Source: Rhodothermales bacterium
GTDB lineage: Bacteria; Bacteroidota; Rhodothermia; Rhodothermales; VXPQ01
Direction of reading: 5' to 3'
DNA: 64,000 bases
NCBI GenBank assembly: GCA_951812345.1
Contig: OX638295.1
Location: forward strand, 814,759-878,758
Shown here one piece after another: positions 52,980 through 63,129 of this stretch (its first letter is position 1; each line of letters opens with the position of its first letter). Made by a program: the position numbers and the translations under genes. The notes beneath the pieces are model-generated. The model had not been told where the DNA came from, did not search any database, and saw nothing but the letters and a program-made list of their open reading frames with translations.

Positions 52980-54428
52980 ATGCAGGGCCCGGTGCGTACG
53001 TTGCTTTTAAGGGCGGTGTTGTATGTATGCCTGGTATTTGCGCCTGCCCTTGCGTTTGCCCAGGACGCCCAGCCTGCCCCCGATGTGCCTGAAATGGAGG
53101 ATGCGGAGCGGATGTTCGAGGACGCCCTCGAGGCGTTCGAACAGGGCGAATACGCCATGGCCGGCCGGCTGTTCGGAATCGTCCGCTCGGCCTACGACCT
53201 GCACCGGAAGACCACGGCGGCCTTGCTTATGGAAGCCAAAGCGCTCTACCGGGAGGGGCGTTTCGAAGAAGCCGTGGAGCGCGCCCGACTCCTCGAGTCG
53301 GAATTTCCGTCGAGCGGCTACGTCGAAGCAGCCCGGCTTCTCCGGGAGATGGCCGAAGAAGGGCTGGAGCGCGATATTCCGCTGCCGCGCAACCTGGGCA
53401 TTCTGTTGCCGCTGGACGGCAATGATGCGCCGCTTGCCCAGGCCCTTTTTACCGGGGTGCGCATAGCCGTGGACGAACATAACGAGCAGCATCCCGACCG
53501 TCCCGTGCGCATGATTTTCCGGAACACGGGCGCCGATTCGGCCCGTGCCGCCGGAGCTGTCGAGGAACTGGCCCTCCTGGGCGTGCAGGCGGTCATCGGT
53601 CCGCTCTACAGCAGCGAGGCGATAGCTTCCGCCGGGGCGGCCGAACGGGCCGGGGTGGTGCTGGTGGCGCCTCTTGCCACGGACGAGCGCGTGTCGAGCG
53701 GGAAGCGCTACGTTTTTCAGGCGAATCCCACCATTGTCATGCGCGGGCGGCTCATGGCCCGCTTTGCCGCAAGGAGCCTGCGGCTGGACGATTTCGGGGT
53801 GATTGCCGAACAGGATCGCGACGGGATCAGCGAACGCATGGCGCAGGGATTCGTCGAGGAGGCGGTGCTGGAGGGAAGGACAGTGCAGTACGATACGCTG
53901 CTGGTTTCTCAAACGGCCTGGGGCCGCTTGTCCGAAACGCTGGCCCGGGACACTATTCTGAGTGCAAGCGCCGTGTACATGCCGATCGTGTCGGGGGAGA
54001 GCGTGGCCCGCATTGATGCAGCCATGGGAAGTTTCGAAGGCATGGGACTCGGTGAGCGGATCCGCATACTGGGCAACGGGGATTGGCGGCTTGCTCCGAA
54101 TCCGCTGCGGGCTTCCCGGTACGCCACGACCTACGCCGACGATTTTTACGTAGAGACAGATGATCCTGCTGTACAGGAATTTACGGAGCGGTACCGCGAG
54201 CTTTCGGATGCGGAGCCGGAAGGCCGCCTTGCGATCACCGGGTACGATGTGGCCCGTTTTCTGCTTCCGCTTCTCGTGGACGATTCCGAAGAGGCGCTTG
54301 CAGATCGCGTGCGTACGGCGCCGTTCCAGGAAGGGCTGGGGATGCGCATCGATTTTGATGGGGGCAACGTGAACGCGGCCATGTTCTGGTTCAGATATCA
54401 GGACGGCATGGTGCGGCGTCTTCGGTAG
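52980..54428 (+). CDS. Secreted TPR + periplasmic-binding-protein-fold protein (LppC/LpoA-like or ABC substrate-binding-like)
   Basis: Signal 'VLYVCLVFAPALAFAQ'. TPR-like N-terminus. 'LGILLPLDGNDAPLAQALFTGVRIAV', 'AVIGPLYSSEA'. Confidence 0.55.
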   Translation: MQGPVRTLLLRAVLYVCLVFAPALAFAQDAQPAPDVPEMEDAERMFEDALEAFEQGEYAMAGRLFGIVRSAYDLHRKTTAALLMEAKALYREGRFEEAVERARLLESEFPSSGYVEAARLLREMAEEGLERDIPLPRNLGILLPLDGNDAPLAQALFTGVRIAVDEHNEQHPDRPVRMIFRNTGADSARAAGAVEELALLGVQAVIGPLYSSEAIASAGAAERAGVVLVAPLATDERVSSGKRYVFQANPTIVMRGRLMARFAARSLRLDDFGVIAEQDRDGISERMAQGFVEEAVLEGRTVQYDTLLVSQTAWGRLSETLARDTILSASAVYMPIVSGESVARIDAAMGSFEGMGLGERIRILGNGDWRLAPNPLRASRYATTYADDFYVETDDPAVQEFTERYRELSDAEPEGRLAITGYDVARFLLPLLVDDSEEALADRVRTAPFQEGLGMRIDFDGGNVNAAMFWFRYQDGMVRRLR

Positions 54429-54573
54429 CGCGCCGGGTGAAACACCGAGCCGCGCTGTACGCCGGATGACAGGAACAGCAGGGGCGGGTGGAGGTACATA
54501 CTCTCAGTCTTTTCTTTCCCGGCGCGTTTCGCGCGCTTTCCTTGTTCCTGGGTACGTATTCACGCCGCTGGTT

Positions 54574-55389
54574 ATGTCCTGGTCCTTGCGTCCGTTTCTT
54601 CCTGTCGTATTGTTGCTTGCAGCGATAGCGCTGTCCGCGTGTGCCGGCGCGGGGCGCATCCGGTACGATTCTCCTGAAGATGCTTATTCAAAGGGTTTGC
54701 GCCTGTTTGAGGCAGGGAGATACGACCGGTCCGTTCCGTTTTTCCAGGGCGTTTTCGATTACGGACGGACCTCTGAGGTGGCTGCCGATGCGCAACTTCA
54801 CCTTGCGCGCGCTCATTTCGAAAGCCGCGATTATATTCTGGCCGCTTCCGAGTACACGCGGTTCGTGAACACCTACCGGACCAGCGAGAATGTCGAGGCG
54901 GCCACGTTCGAGCGGGCTATAGCGTACTATCATCTTTCTCCGCAGTACGACCTCGATCAAACCAGTACCCGTCAGGCGATTACGTATCTGCAGCTGTTTC
55001 TGGATCAGTTTCCCGATTCCGACTTGCAGGAGGAGGCGGAAGATCACCTGAGGGTCTTGCGGGAGAAGCTGGCGCGGAAGGGATACGAGTCGGCGGGCTT
55101 GTACGAGCGCCGGGGCATCTATGAGGCGGCGGCGCTTTCGTATGAGCGGGTCTTCGATACGTATCCGGATACCCCGTGGGCCGACGATGCGCTGCTGGGC
55201 GCAATGCGTTCGTATATGGCCTTCGCCAATTTGAGTATCGAATCGCGCCAACCTGAACGGCTCCAGTTGGCGATCGACAATTACACCCGCCTCATCGAGC
55301 TTTTCCGCGACAGTCCGATTGCGAAAGAAGCGGAGGGGCTTTACGAAGAGGCGTCCGGGCGGCTTGCCGAACTTGCAAGTAGCAATTGA
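54574..55389 (+). CDS. bamD: Outer membrane protein assembly factor BamD
   Basis: Lipobox 'AIALSAC'. TPR pattern 'YSKGLRLFEAGRYDRSVPFFQGV', 'YILAASEYTRFVNTY', 'AITYLQLFLDQFPDS'. Confidence 0.8.
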   Translation: MSWSLRPFLPVVLLLAAIALSACAGAGRIRYDSPEDAYSKGLRLFEAGRYDRSVPFFQGVFDYGRTSEVAADAQLHLARAHFESRDYILAASEYTRFVNTYRTSENVEAATFERAIAYYHLSPQYDLDQTSTRQAITYLQLFLDQFPDSDLQEEAEDHLRVLREKLARKGYESAGLYERRGIYEAAALSYERVFDTYPDTPWADDALLGAMRSYMAFANLSIESRQPERLQLAIDNYTRLIELFRDSPIAKEAEGLYEEASGRLAELASSN

Positions 55390-55404
55390 GGATAGTCTGA
55401 TTAA
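55389..55404. repeat. Solo family motif overlapping the bamD stop
   Basis: 'aggatagtctgattaa', 7 nt before the proposed nadD GTG. Confidence 0.45.
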
Positions 55405-55411
55405 GCGTTAC

Positions 55412-56017
55412 GTGGCCGGATCCGCAACGGAAAGCGTACTGCGCATCGGTGTTTTCGGGGGGACCTTCAATCCGCCGCACAGGGGGCATCTTCGCCTGGC
55501 GGGGATGATCCGCGAGCGATTCGGCCTGGATCGCGTGCTCTGGATTCCGAACAGCCGTTCTCCTTTCAAGACCGATGAGGAACTGGCCGACGCCGCGGAC
55601 CGCCTTGCAATGGTTCGCGCCGCCACGGCGGGAGACGCCGCTTTTTCGGTCTCGGAAATCGAGACACGACAGGGGGATACCTCGTATACGGTGGAAACGC
55701 TGCGAAAGTTACAGGAAGCGTATCCCGGCGCGGTTTTTCGCCTGATGGCAGGCAGCGATCAACTCCCCGGATTTTCCCGGTGGCGCGAGCCGGAAGAGAT
55801 CGTCCGGCGGGCGCCGCTCATCGTGTTTCCGCGCGCAGGGTACGAGCAGGCGGCGGTCCCGGAAGGGTTCGAAAAATACGTGGAATTCGCCGACACGCCT
55901 CTTATCGAGCTGTCTGGTACGGACATACGGGAACGCATCCGGACCGGGCGGTCCGTTCGGGACATGGTTCCCCCGGCGGTGCTTGAAATCATAGAGGAGC
56001 GGGGGCTGTATCGGTAG
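55412..56017 (+). CDS. nadD: Nicotinate-nucleotide adenylyltransferase
   Basis: 'RIGVFGGTFNPPHRGHL', 'SYTVETLRKL'. The GTG start at 55412 is proposed. Confidence 0.85.
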   Translation: MAGSATESVLRIGVFGGTFNPPHRGHLRLAGMIRERFGLDRVLWIPNSRSPFKTDEELADAADRLAMVRAATAGDAAFSVSEIETRQGDTSYTVETLRKLQEAYPGAVFRLMAGSDQLPGFSRWREPEEIVRRAPLIVFPRAGYEQAAVPEGFEKYVEFADTPLIELSGTDIRERIRTGRSVRDMVPPAVLEIIEERGLYR

Positions 56018-56247
56018 GGCGGGATTCATTGGATTTTTTTCGGACGGATTCCTGCGTACGTAGTACATCCGGCGGCGGTTTTTTTATCTTGCCGGGAGCA
56101 TTCTCTTCGCTCGCTTGACAATCGCACGTTCAACGATGTATCCTGCGAACGCGAGACGCTATTCGAAGCAGCGTGTACAGAACACATTGATGTCTGTCCG
56201 CTTTTTATCACCCTTTTTTCGTTTTCCACGTACTACAAGGCAGCATT

Positions 56248-56832
56248 ATGGCGCTTACCTACTCGACAATGAAGGAGCTTGGATCGGCGGCTCCGTACTT
56301 CGATCTGCCCGTCGCAAATCCCTCTGCAGACGGTCTTTCCGGCGATCGCCGGAGCCTCGACCAGTATGACGCGGCCGCGCTGGTCGTCGTCTTTACCTGC
56401 AACCATTGTCCGTTCGCGAAACATGTGGAGGATGCGCTGATCCGGTCTGCCGCCGCCTGGGCGGACAAGGACGTACAGTTCGTACTCATCAGCGCAAACG
56501 ACGCCGGGGGATACCCGGAAGACTCGTTCGATGCGATGGCGGCGCGGGCCGCCGCAAAGGGCTATCCTTTTCCCTATCTGTACGACGAATCGCAGGAGGT
56601 CGCCAAGGCGTACGGCGCCGTATGCACGCCCGACCTGTTCGTGTACGACCGGGACAAGAAACTGGTCTACAGAGGGCGCTACGACGAAACCCGTCCCGAC
56701 ATGGGCGTCTCGACAGGCAAGGATCTGCACGACGCGCTCGATCTGTTGCTTTCTTCCGGGGAGGTTCTGGCCGAGCAGGTTCCTTCCATAGGATGCAATA
56801 TCAAGTGGAAACCCGGCAACGAGCCTGCCTGA
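56248..56832 (+). CDS. Thioredoxin-fold protein (AhpC/TSA-like redoxin)
   Basis: 'LVVVFTCNHCPFAKH', 'YPFPYLYDESQEVAKAYGAVCTPDLFVYD'. Confidence 0.75.
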   Translation: MALTYSTMKELGSAAPYFDLPVANPSADGLSGDRRSLDQYDAAALVVVFTCNHCPFAKHVEDALIRSAAAWADKDVQFVLISANDAGGYPEDSFDAMAARAAAKGYPFPYLYDESQEVAKAYGAVCTPDLFVYDRDKKLVYRGRYDETRPDMGVSTGKDLHDALDLLLSSGEVLAEQVPSIGCNIKWKPGNEPA

Positions 56833-56868
56833 TCGACCGTCTCCGCCTCCGTATTTCCCGGTGATTCC

Positions 56869-58290
56869 GTGGACTGGATTGTTCTTTTACCCCCCGTCAT
56901 TGCTATTTCCCTGGCGTTGTGGAGCCGGCGGGTGTACCTGTCCCTCCTGGCGGGATTGTGGGTCGGAACCATCATCCTTGCGGGGGGAAATCCGGTGCAG
57001 GGCCTGGGCGGACTGGTGGAGCAACTGGTGGCTGTTTTCCAGGACCCGGGCAATACGCGGATCATTTTTTTCTGCATGCTCGTGGGCGGCCTGATCGCGC
57101 TGATGCAGGCGTCCGGCGGCGTGCATGGCTTTGTGGAATGGGCGCAGCGCCGGGGATGGGGAACGTCGCGGAAGGGCGCCGAACTGTTGGCCTGGGCCGT
57201 CGGGATGGTCGTGTTCGTGGAGTCGAACATTACGTCCCTGACGGTTGGCGCGATCAGTCGGCCGCTGTTCGACAAACTGAAATTGCCCCGGGAAAAGCTT
57301 GCCTATTACTGCGATGCGACGAGTGCGCCCGTGTGCATGTCTATTCCCCTGAACGGTTGGGGGGCGTATTTGCTCGGCCTGTTGGCGGCGCAAGGCATTT
57401 CGACCGGCGCCGTGTCGCTGCTGGCCCAGTCGCTGCTGTTTAACTTTTTCAGCATAGGGGCCATTCTTTTTGCTCTCGTACTGGCCCTGACGGGGTGGGG
57501 ATTCGGTCCCATGAAGCGGGCGGAATTGCGGGCGGCGCAGACGGGAGCGCTGACCCGGCCCGGGTCAAAGCCGCTCATCGCCGACGAGTTGGCGGGCATA
57601 GAACCGGCCCCGCATGCGCCTCGTCATGTCCGGGACCTGATGATTCCCCTTGGGGTCATGGTGGCGATGATTTTCGTCGGGCTGTACGTGACGGGCGATG
57701 GAAATATCATGGAGGGGAGCGGCTCGAAGGCGGTGCTGTGGGCTGTGGGATCCGCAGTGATCGTGGCCATCATTCTGTATGTTGCGCCCCGGGGCGGCCG
57801 GCCGGTTCTGACGATCGGGGATTCGATGGATCAGGTGTTGAAAGGGTCTTCCGGGCTGGTCGGGGTGTCCTTTCTGGTCGTGCTGGCCTTCGCGTTGGGG
57901 CGCGTGGCCCGCGAAATGGAAATGGGCGCCTACGTAGTGGGCCTGCTGGACGCCGCCGGCCCGGTATGGTGGATGCCTGCCGCCGTGTTTCTGATCGGGT
58001 CCTTCATCTCGTTCGCGCTGGGTTCTTCCTGGACGGGATTTGCACTGCTGCTGCCTATAGCGCTTCCGCTGGCGGAGGGGGCCGGCGTACCGGCTCCGCT
58101 TATGCTGGGGGCCGTGCTTTCCGGGGGCGTTTTCGGCGATCATGCCTCCCCGCTCTCCGACACGTCCATTATTTCGTCGATGTCGGCGGCATGCGACCAC
58201 GTGGACCATGTGAACTCGCAGATGCCCTATGCCCTCATCGTAGCGGGAGGGGCGTTGCTCGCGTACGTCGTGGCGGGATTGTCGATGTGA
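56869..58290 (+). CDS. Na+/H+ antiporter NhaC-family membrane protein
   Basis: Polytopic hydrophobic 473-aa ORF with 'GDHASPLSDTSIISS' near the C-terminus, typical of NhaC-like carriers. Confidence 0.8.
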   Translation: MDWIVLLPPVIAISLALWSRRVYLSLLAGLWVGTIILAGGNPVQGLGGLVEQLVAVFQDPGNTRIIFFCMLVGGLIALMQASGGVHGFVEWAQRRGWGTSRKGAELLAWAVGMVVFVESNITSLTVGAISRPLFDKLKLPREKLAYYCDATSAPVCMSIPLNGWGAYLLGLLAAQGISTGAVSLLAQSLLFNFFSIGAILFALVLALTGWGFGPMKRAELRAAQTGALTRPGSKPLIADELAGIEPAPHAPRHVRDLMIPLGVMVAMIFVGLYVTGDGNIMEGSGSKAVLWAVGSAVIVAIILYVAPRGGRPVLTIGDSMDQVLKGSSGLVGVSFLVVLAFALGRVAREMEMGAYVVGLLDAAGPVWWMPAAVFLIGSFISFALGSSWTGFALLLPIALPLAEGAGVPAPLMLGAVLSGGVFGDHASPLSDTSIISSMSAACDHVDHVNSQMPYALIVAGGALLAYVVAGLSM

Positions 58291-60347
58291 AGCGAGTCGC
58301 TATTCGATCCTTCCGTTGCGAAATACATCTTTCCGGCGTACTCCTTCACCATGCGTATTGCGGAGAATTGGGGCGTCAACTCCTTCATGGCGGTGCGCAT
58401 GCGTCCAATCCATTGCGTCGGGACGCCGCGCTCGTCCCGTTCGTAGAACGCCGGAACCACCCCATGCTCGATTTGCCAATAGAGGCTTTCGGCGTCGCGG
58501 CGGTCCAGTTCGGCCTCGTTCAGGCTGATGTCGGCGTGTGCATCGCCGATAGCCCAGCCGTTTTCGCCGTTGTATCCTTCCGGCCACCACCCGTCGAGTA
58601 CCGACAGATTCAGCCCGCCGTGCACAGATATTTTCTGCCCGCTCGTGCCGCTGGCCTCCATGGGGAGCTTTGGATTGTTGAGCCATACGTCGCAGCCGGA
58701 TGTCAGCATGCGGCCTATCTGCATGTTGTAATTTTCAAGAAACACGACGCGCCCCTGCAATCCGGGCCGTTGGGCCGCTTCCAGGATTTGTCGTATGAAT
58801 TGTTTGCCTTGTTCGTCTTCCGGGTGTGACTTCCCGGCGTAGATAATCTGTATCGGCCGATCCGGATTATTGAACAGGGCGATGGTTCGTTCGATGTCCG
58901 TGAACAGGAGCGGCGCGCGCTTGTACGTGGCGAAGCGACGCGCGAAGCCGATTGTCAGCGCATCGGGATCGAGTTCGCAGGAGATGGGCAGGGAGTGTTC
59001 TTCTACGTGCTTCCTGGCGAAGCGAATCAGTTGCCTGCGCAGTTCGTTGCGATATTCCCACAGCACGTCGTCCGGAATATCGTCGATGCCTTGCCAGAAG
59101 CGCAGGTCGTCGGCATGTTTTTTCCAGTCCCCGAGTTTTTCGTTGAGAAAAGCGCGCGCGATCAGGGTTGCCCAGGTGGCGACATGAATCCCGTTCGTGA
59201 TGGCGCCGATGGGCACATCCTGTACGCGCCGGTCCGGAAACATGGGGTGCCATTGCCCCTGCGCCACTTGCCCGTTGCGTTGCGATACGCCGTTCGCGCA
59301 CCGCGACATGTTCAGACCCAGGACGGTCATCGTGAACCATTCGTCGGGGTCGTGCGGGTTTACCCGTCCATAGGCCATGAGGTCGTGTTCGTTGTGCCCC
59401 AGTTCTTCCCGGTGGGTGCTCATTTCGTTAAGGAACATGCCGGGGTCGAACCGGTCGTGCCCGGCGATAACCGGCGTATGCGTCGTGAACACGCACTGGC
59501 TGCGCACGGCGCGTATGGCTTCCTCCCGGCTTTCACCCGAATTCAGTTGTTCGCGAAGCAGTTCGAGGGACAGAAAAGCGCAATGTCCTTCGTTCATGTG
59601 GTATACGTCCGTTTCCACCCCGAGGGTGCGCAAGAGCCGGACGCCCCCGATGCCGAGGACGATTTCCTGCTGGAGCCGCGTGCGGCGTCCCCCCTGGTAC
59701 AGCCGGCCGGTGATATTCCGGAATTCCTCCGGATTATCCTCGATGTGGGTATCGAGCAGGTACAGGGTCGTGCGGCCCACCTGGGCCCGCCATGCCTGTA
59801 CCCGTATGGGCTGGTTGCCGAAGTGGACGGTGACAAGAATGGGTTTCCCGTCCTTTCCGCAAACGAGTTCGAGCGGATGGTTTTCCGGATCGAGCGTGGG
59901 ATACCGCTCCTGCTGCCAGCCGTCTTCGGTGAAGTGCTGCTCGAAGTAGCCTTGCTTCAGAAAGAGGCCGATCGCCGTGAAGGGAATGCAAAGGTCCGAG
60001 GTCGCCTTCGTATGGTCCCCGGCCAGTATGCCCAGTCCACCCGCATAGATTGGCAGGCTTTCGTGGATGCCGAACTCCATGCAGAAGTAACTGGTCCGGG
60101 GGGCGTTCGGGAAGGGACAAGGCGCTTCGAGGTACGCGGTCATCGCGGCATGCGCCGTGTCTATGTCGCTTGCAAGAGTATCCTCGAACGTTGTTTTCGG
60201 GGAAAGCGTTTGCAGCACGGCGACCGGGTTGTTTCCGGCGTTTCGGAACGTCGTTCGATCCAGGCGTTCGAAGAGATCGAGGATTTCGGGATTCCAGCTC
60301 CACCAGAGATTTTCTGCGAGCGCTCCGAGTTTTTCGTACGTATTCAT
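58227..60347 (-). CDS. glgP: Alpha-glucan (glycogen/maltodextrin) phosphorylase
   Basis: 'AYFCMEFG' -like 'SYFCMEFGIHESLPIYAGGLGILAGDH', 'FTTHTPV', 'MEASGTSGQKISVHGGLNLSVLDGWW'. The start was moved to the ATG at 60347. Confidence 0.9.
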   Translation of the reverse strand: MNTYEKLGALAENLWWSWNPEILDLFERLDRTTFRNAGNNPVAVLQTLSPKTTFEDTLASDIDTAHAAMTAYLEAPCPFPNAPRTSYFCMEFGIHESLPIYAGGLGILAGDHTKATSDLCIPFTAIGLFLKQGYFEQHFTEDGWQQERYPTLDPENHPLELVCGKDGKPILVTVHFGNQPIRVQAWRAQVGRTTLYLLDTHIEDNPEEFRNITGRLYQGGRRTRLQQEIVLGIGGVRLLRTLGVETDVYHMNEGHCAFLSLELLREQLNSGESREEAIRAVRSQCVFTTHTPVIAGHDRFDPGMFLNEMSTHREELGHNEHDLMAYGRVNPHDPDEWFTMTVLGLNMSRCANGVSQRNGQVAQGQWHPMFPDRRVQDVPIGAITNGIHVATWATLIARAFLNEKLGDWKKHADDLRFWQGIDDIPDDVLWEYRNELRRQLIRFARKHVEEHSLPISCELDPDALTIGFARRFATYKRAPLLFTDIERTIALFNNPDRPIQIIYAGKSHPEDEQGKQFIRQILEAAQRPGLQGRVVFLENYNMQIGRMLTSGCDVWLNNPKLPMEASGTSGQKISVHGGLNLSVLDGWWPEGYNGENGWAIGDAHADISLNEAELDRRDAESLYWQIEHGVVPAFYERDERGVPTQWIGRMRTAMKELTPQFSAIRMVKEYAGKMYFATEGSNSDSLHIDNPATTYASNAPPATMRA

Positions 60348-60404
60348 GCAACAGGGATCGATTCGATGGTTCGTGCCGCAATGTGCAAGCGCGCCTAAAT
60401 ATAA

Positions 60405-61277
60405 ATGGGTTCGAGTGAAAAGAACGGGGTTTTTGTGGGGATTCTTTTGGAAGATTCCTTGCAACGGCTGGCTGCCGCAGGGATCGACGACCCGCGCCGG
60501 AGCGCGGAATGGCTTCTGTGCGAGGCCCTGGGGATGTCCCGCGCCGGGTTATACGCGGCGTCCCGGGAGCGGGTCGAACCGGAAGCGGCGATGCGCTTCG
60601 GCGAAATGCTGGCGCGCCGATTACAGCACGAGCCCGTCCAGTATATCCTCGGCTATACGGACTTCATGGGGCTCCGGATGAGCGTTACGCCCGATGTGCT
60701 CATCCCGCGGCCCGAAACCGAGGAAGTGACGGAGGCGGCGCTGGCGCGCCTCGATGCATGCATGTCTCCTGTCGTACTCGAAGCTGGCACAGGGAGCGGC
60801 TGCATCGCGCTGGCCATCAAAGCAGTCCGGGCCGCCGCCGATGTGTATGCATGTGACGTTTCGGGGGGAGCGCTTGCAGTAGCCCGCCGCAATGCGGCTG
60901 CGCACGATCTGACCGTTACGTGGATCGAGGCCGATATGCTGGGCGAGGATTTTCCGGATACGATCCCTGGCGGACTTGATCTGTTGATTTCCAATCCGCC
61001 GTACGTGCCGGAGGAAGAAATCCCGACCTTGCCGGAAGAAGTGCGCGATTGGGAGCCGCTCGCGGCGCTGGTTGCGTCCGGCGACCCGCTCGTTTTTTAC
61101 CGGGGGCTGGCGCAACAGGGCCTGCGCATGATCCGGGAGGGCGGCTGGATCGTACTGGAGGCGCATGCGGACTATGGCGAGGCGGCGCGGCGGATTCTGA
61201 AAGAAGCCGGATACATGGAGGTTTGTCTCGAGAAGGATATGGCCGGACGGGACCGGATCGTCATGGGGCGGCGGTAG
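60405..61277 (+). CDS. prmC: Release-factor glutamine N5-methyltransferase
   Basis: 'PVQYILGYTDFMGL', 'LIPRPETE', 'LEAGTGSGCIALA', 'LISNPPYV'. Confidence 0.85.
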   Translation: MGSSEKNGVFVGILLEDSLQRLAAAGIDDPRRSAEWLLCEALGMSRAGLYAASRERVEPEAAMRFGEMLARRLQHEPVQYILGYTDFMGLRMSVTPDVLIPRPETEEVTEAALARLDACMSPVVLEAGTGSGCIALAIKAVRAAADVYACDVSGGALAVARRNAAAHDLTVTWIEADMLGEDFPDTIPGGLDLLISNPPYVPEEEIPTLPEEVRDWEPLAALVASGDPLVFYRGLAQQGLRMIREGGWIVLEAHADYGEAARRILKEAGYMEVCLEKDMAGRDRIVMGRR

Positions 61278-61321
61278 GATACGAACCGGGCCGGCCTGAT
61301 TGCAGGAACCGTCCCGTACGG

Positions 61322-62545
61322 ATGTCGTTGCGTTTTGAGGTGGGCGTACTTCATGCGTGCTGCTTTTCTGATCCGGTTCTCTTCCTCTCACCTGATTTCC
61401 CCGTTACCCCTGTGCATGCCGAAGACCGGTTCGATGTAGCATTTGCCCTGTACGGCGACCTGCGCAATAATTCGAGGGCGCTCCGGCAACTCAGGGTTCT
61501 TGGCGGCGCCGGCCTGCGCATCCGGGTAATAGCCGCAGGATCGGGAGAATCCGGCGCTCCGGAAATACCGGGCGTAAGCCTCTGCGCTATATCCATCTCC
61601 AGCCTGTCGGGTCCTTCTTTTTTTCTGGAATTGCACCGCCGCATGCGCGAGGCGCTTCTTGAAACCCCGGCGCGGGTATATCACGCATCGGGTCTGTATG
61701 TGCTGCCGGCCGCCTGTGCGGCAGCCCGCAAGTACGGGGGGCGCGTCGTGTACGACGCCCGGGAATTGTACACCCATGTTTCCGCTACGGCGGGAAGACC
61801 CTGGGTGCGCGCGTTCTGGTACCTGCTCGAACGCCGGTACATCCGCCGGGCCGATGCCGTGCTGACCGTGGGAAACGCCATTGCGGACAGGCTCACTGAG
61901 ACATACGGGGTGGTTCGCCCTGCGGTGCTCTATAACATTCCCGATCGAAAATCCCTTGTTCTGTCGCCGTCTCCGCTTGTTCCGGACCTCGATCCGGACA
62001 CCGTAACGCTCCTGCATCAGGGCCACATGATGAAAGATCGCGGCTGCGAGCAACTCGTCGACGCCATGCGGGACATCGAAGGCGCCGTGCTTGTGTTTCT
62101 TGGCGGAGGACCGCTTCGCCCTGTACTGGAAAAGCAGACAGCCGACGCCGGTATCGCCGATCGCATACGTTTCGTCGATTCCGTGCCTGCGGACCGGCTT
62201 CCGGCTTACACTGCTTCCGCCGATCTCGGCGTCACGCTGCTTCAGGATACCTGCCTGAATCATCGTTTCGCTCTACCGAACAAATTATTCCATTACTTTA
62301 TGGCCGGACTTCCGGTCATTGCCTCGGACCTGCCCGAAATCCGACGGGTGGTTGCTCCGCACGATACAGGTATCCTGGTAGAACCCGGCAATCGAACCGC
62401 ACTGGTGGCCGCCCTGCGCCGGGCCATCGCACAGAAACCGCTTCGGGAGCAGTGGCGTCGAAACATTCCCCGTGTTTTCGAAACTTTTAACCCGGATTCG
62501 GTATCAAAACGACTTATGCATATCTACGGGGAATTGCTCCAATGA
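61322..62545 (+). CDS. Glycosyltransferase (GT4/group-1 type)
   Basis: C-terminal 'FALPNKLFHYFMAGLPVIASDLPEIRRVV...GILVEPGN' is an EX7E-like region. The start could be the ATG at 61322 or the GTG at 61412. Confidence 0.75.
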   Translation: MSLRFEVGVLHACCFSDPVLFLSPDFPVTPVHAEDRFDVAFALYGDLRNNSRALRQLRVLGGAGLRIRVIAAGSGESGAPEIPGVSLCAISISSLSGPSFFLELHRRMREALLETPARVYHASGLYVLPAACAAARKYGGRVVYDARELYTHVSATAGRPWVRAFWYLLERRYIRRADAVLTVGNAIADRLTETYGVVRPAVLYNIPDRKSLVLSPSPLVPDLDPDTVTLLHQGHMMKDRGCEQLVDAMRDIEGAVLVFLGGGPLRPVLEKQTADAGIADRIRFVDSVPADRLPAYTASADLGVTLLQDTCLNHRFALPNKLFHYFMAGLPVIASDLPEIRRVVAPHDTGILVEPGNRTALVAALRRAIAQKPLREQWRRNIPRVFETFNPDSVSKRLMHIYGELLQ

Positions 62546-63084
62546 GCGCCATAAATCGTCCCGGACCGTTTGTTTCGCTTGGTCTTGCCAGTCTGCTTGC
62601 GTTTTCGGCCTGCATGCTTGCGTCGGAAGACGTCCGCGCGCAGGACGCCAGCGTACCTGCCGAAGGACTTGACTGGCGAGTATTCGAAGAGGCCGTAACG
62701 CAGGCGGAGACGCAGGACAAGAAATTGATCGTGGATGTCTATGCGGCGTGGTGTCCCTGGTGCCGGCGATTGCAACGCGAGGTCTACACGGATGAATCGG
62801 TGCAGGCGTATGTCCGCGACCATTTTGTGCTGACCCGTCTCGATGCGGAGAACACAGAGGACAGTCTCAGTTTCCGCAATTATACGCTGACCCCCTCGGA
62901 AATGGCGGCCGGTCTTGGTGCTTCCGGATTTCCGACCACGGTATTTCTGGACGAGGAAGGCAGGTATATCACCCGTTTGCCCGGCTTCATGGCGGCTCCA
63001 GAGTTTCTGGAGGTGCTGACCTACATCGGAAGCGAGGCGTTCGAGGATTTTACGTTCGAGGAGTATCAGGAGGAAGCGGAATAG
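62542..63084 (+). CDS. Secreted thioredoxin-like protein
   Basis: Signal peptide and the 'YAAWCPWCRRL' CxxC motif. Confidence 0.75.
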   Translation: MSAINRPGPFVSLGLASLLAFSACMLASEDVRAQDASVPAEGLDWRVFEEAVTQAETQDKKLIVDVYAAWCPWCRRLQREVYTDESVQAYVRDHFVLTRLDAENTEDSLSFRNYTLTPSEMAAGLGASGFPTTVFLDEEGRYITRLPGFMAAPEFLEVLTYIGSEAFEDFTFEEYQEEAE

Positions 63085-63129
63085 GGGAACCGGATTCCCC
63101 GGCGTATCTTTGGGCGTCATCTTTCTCCT

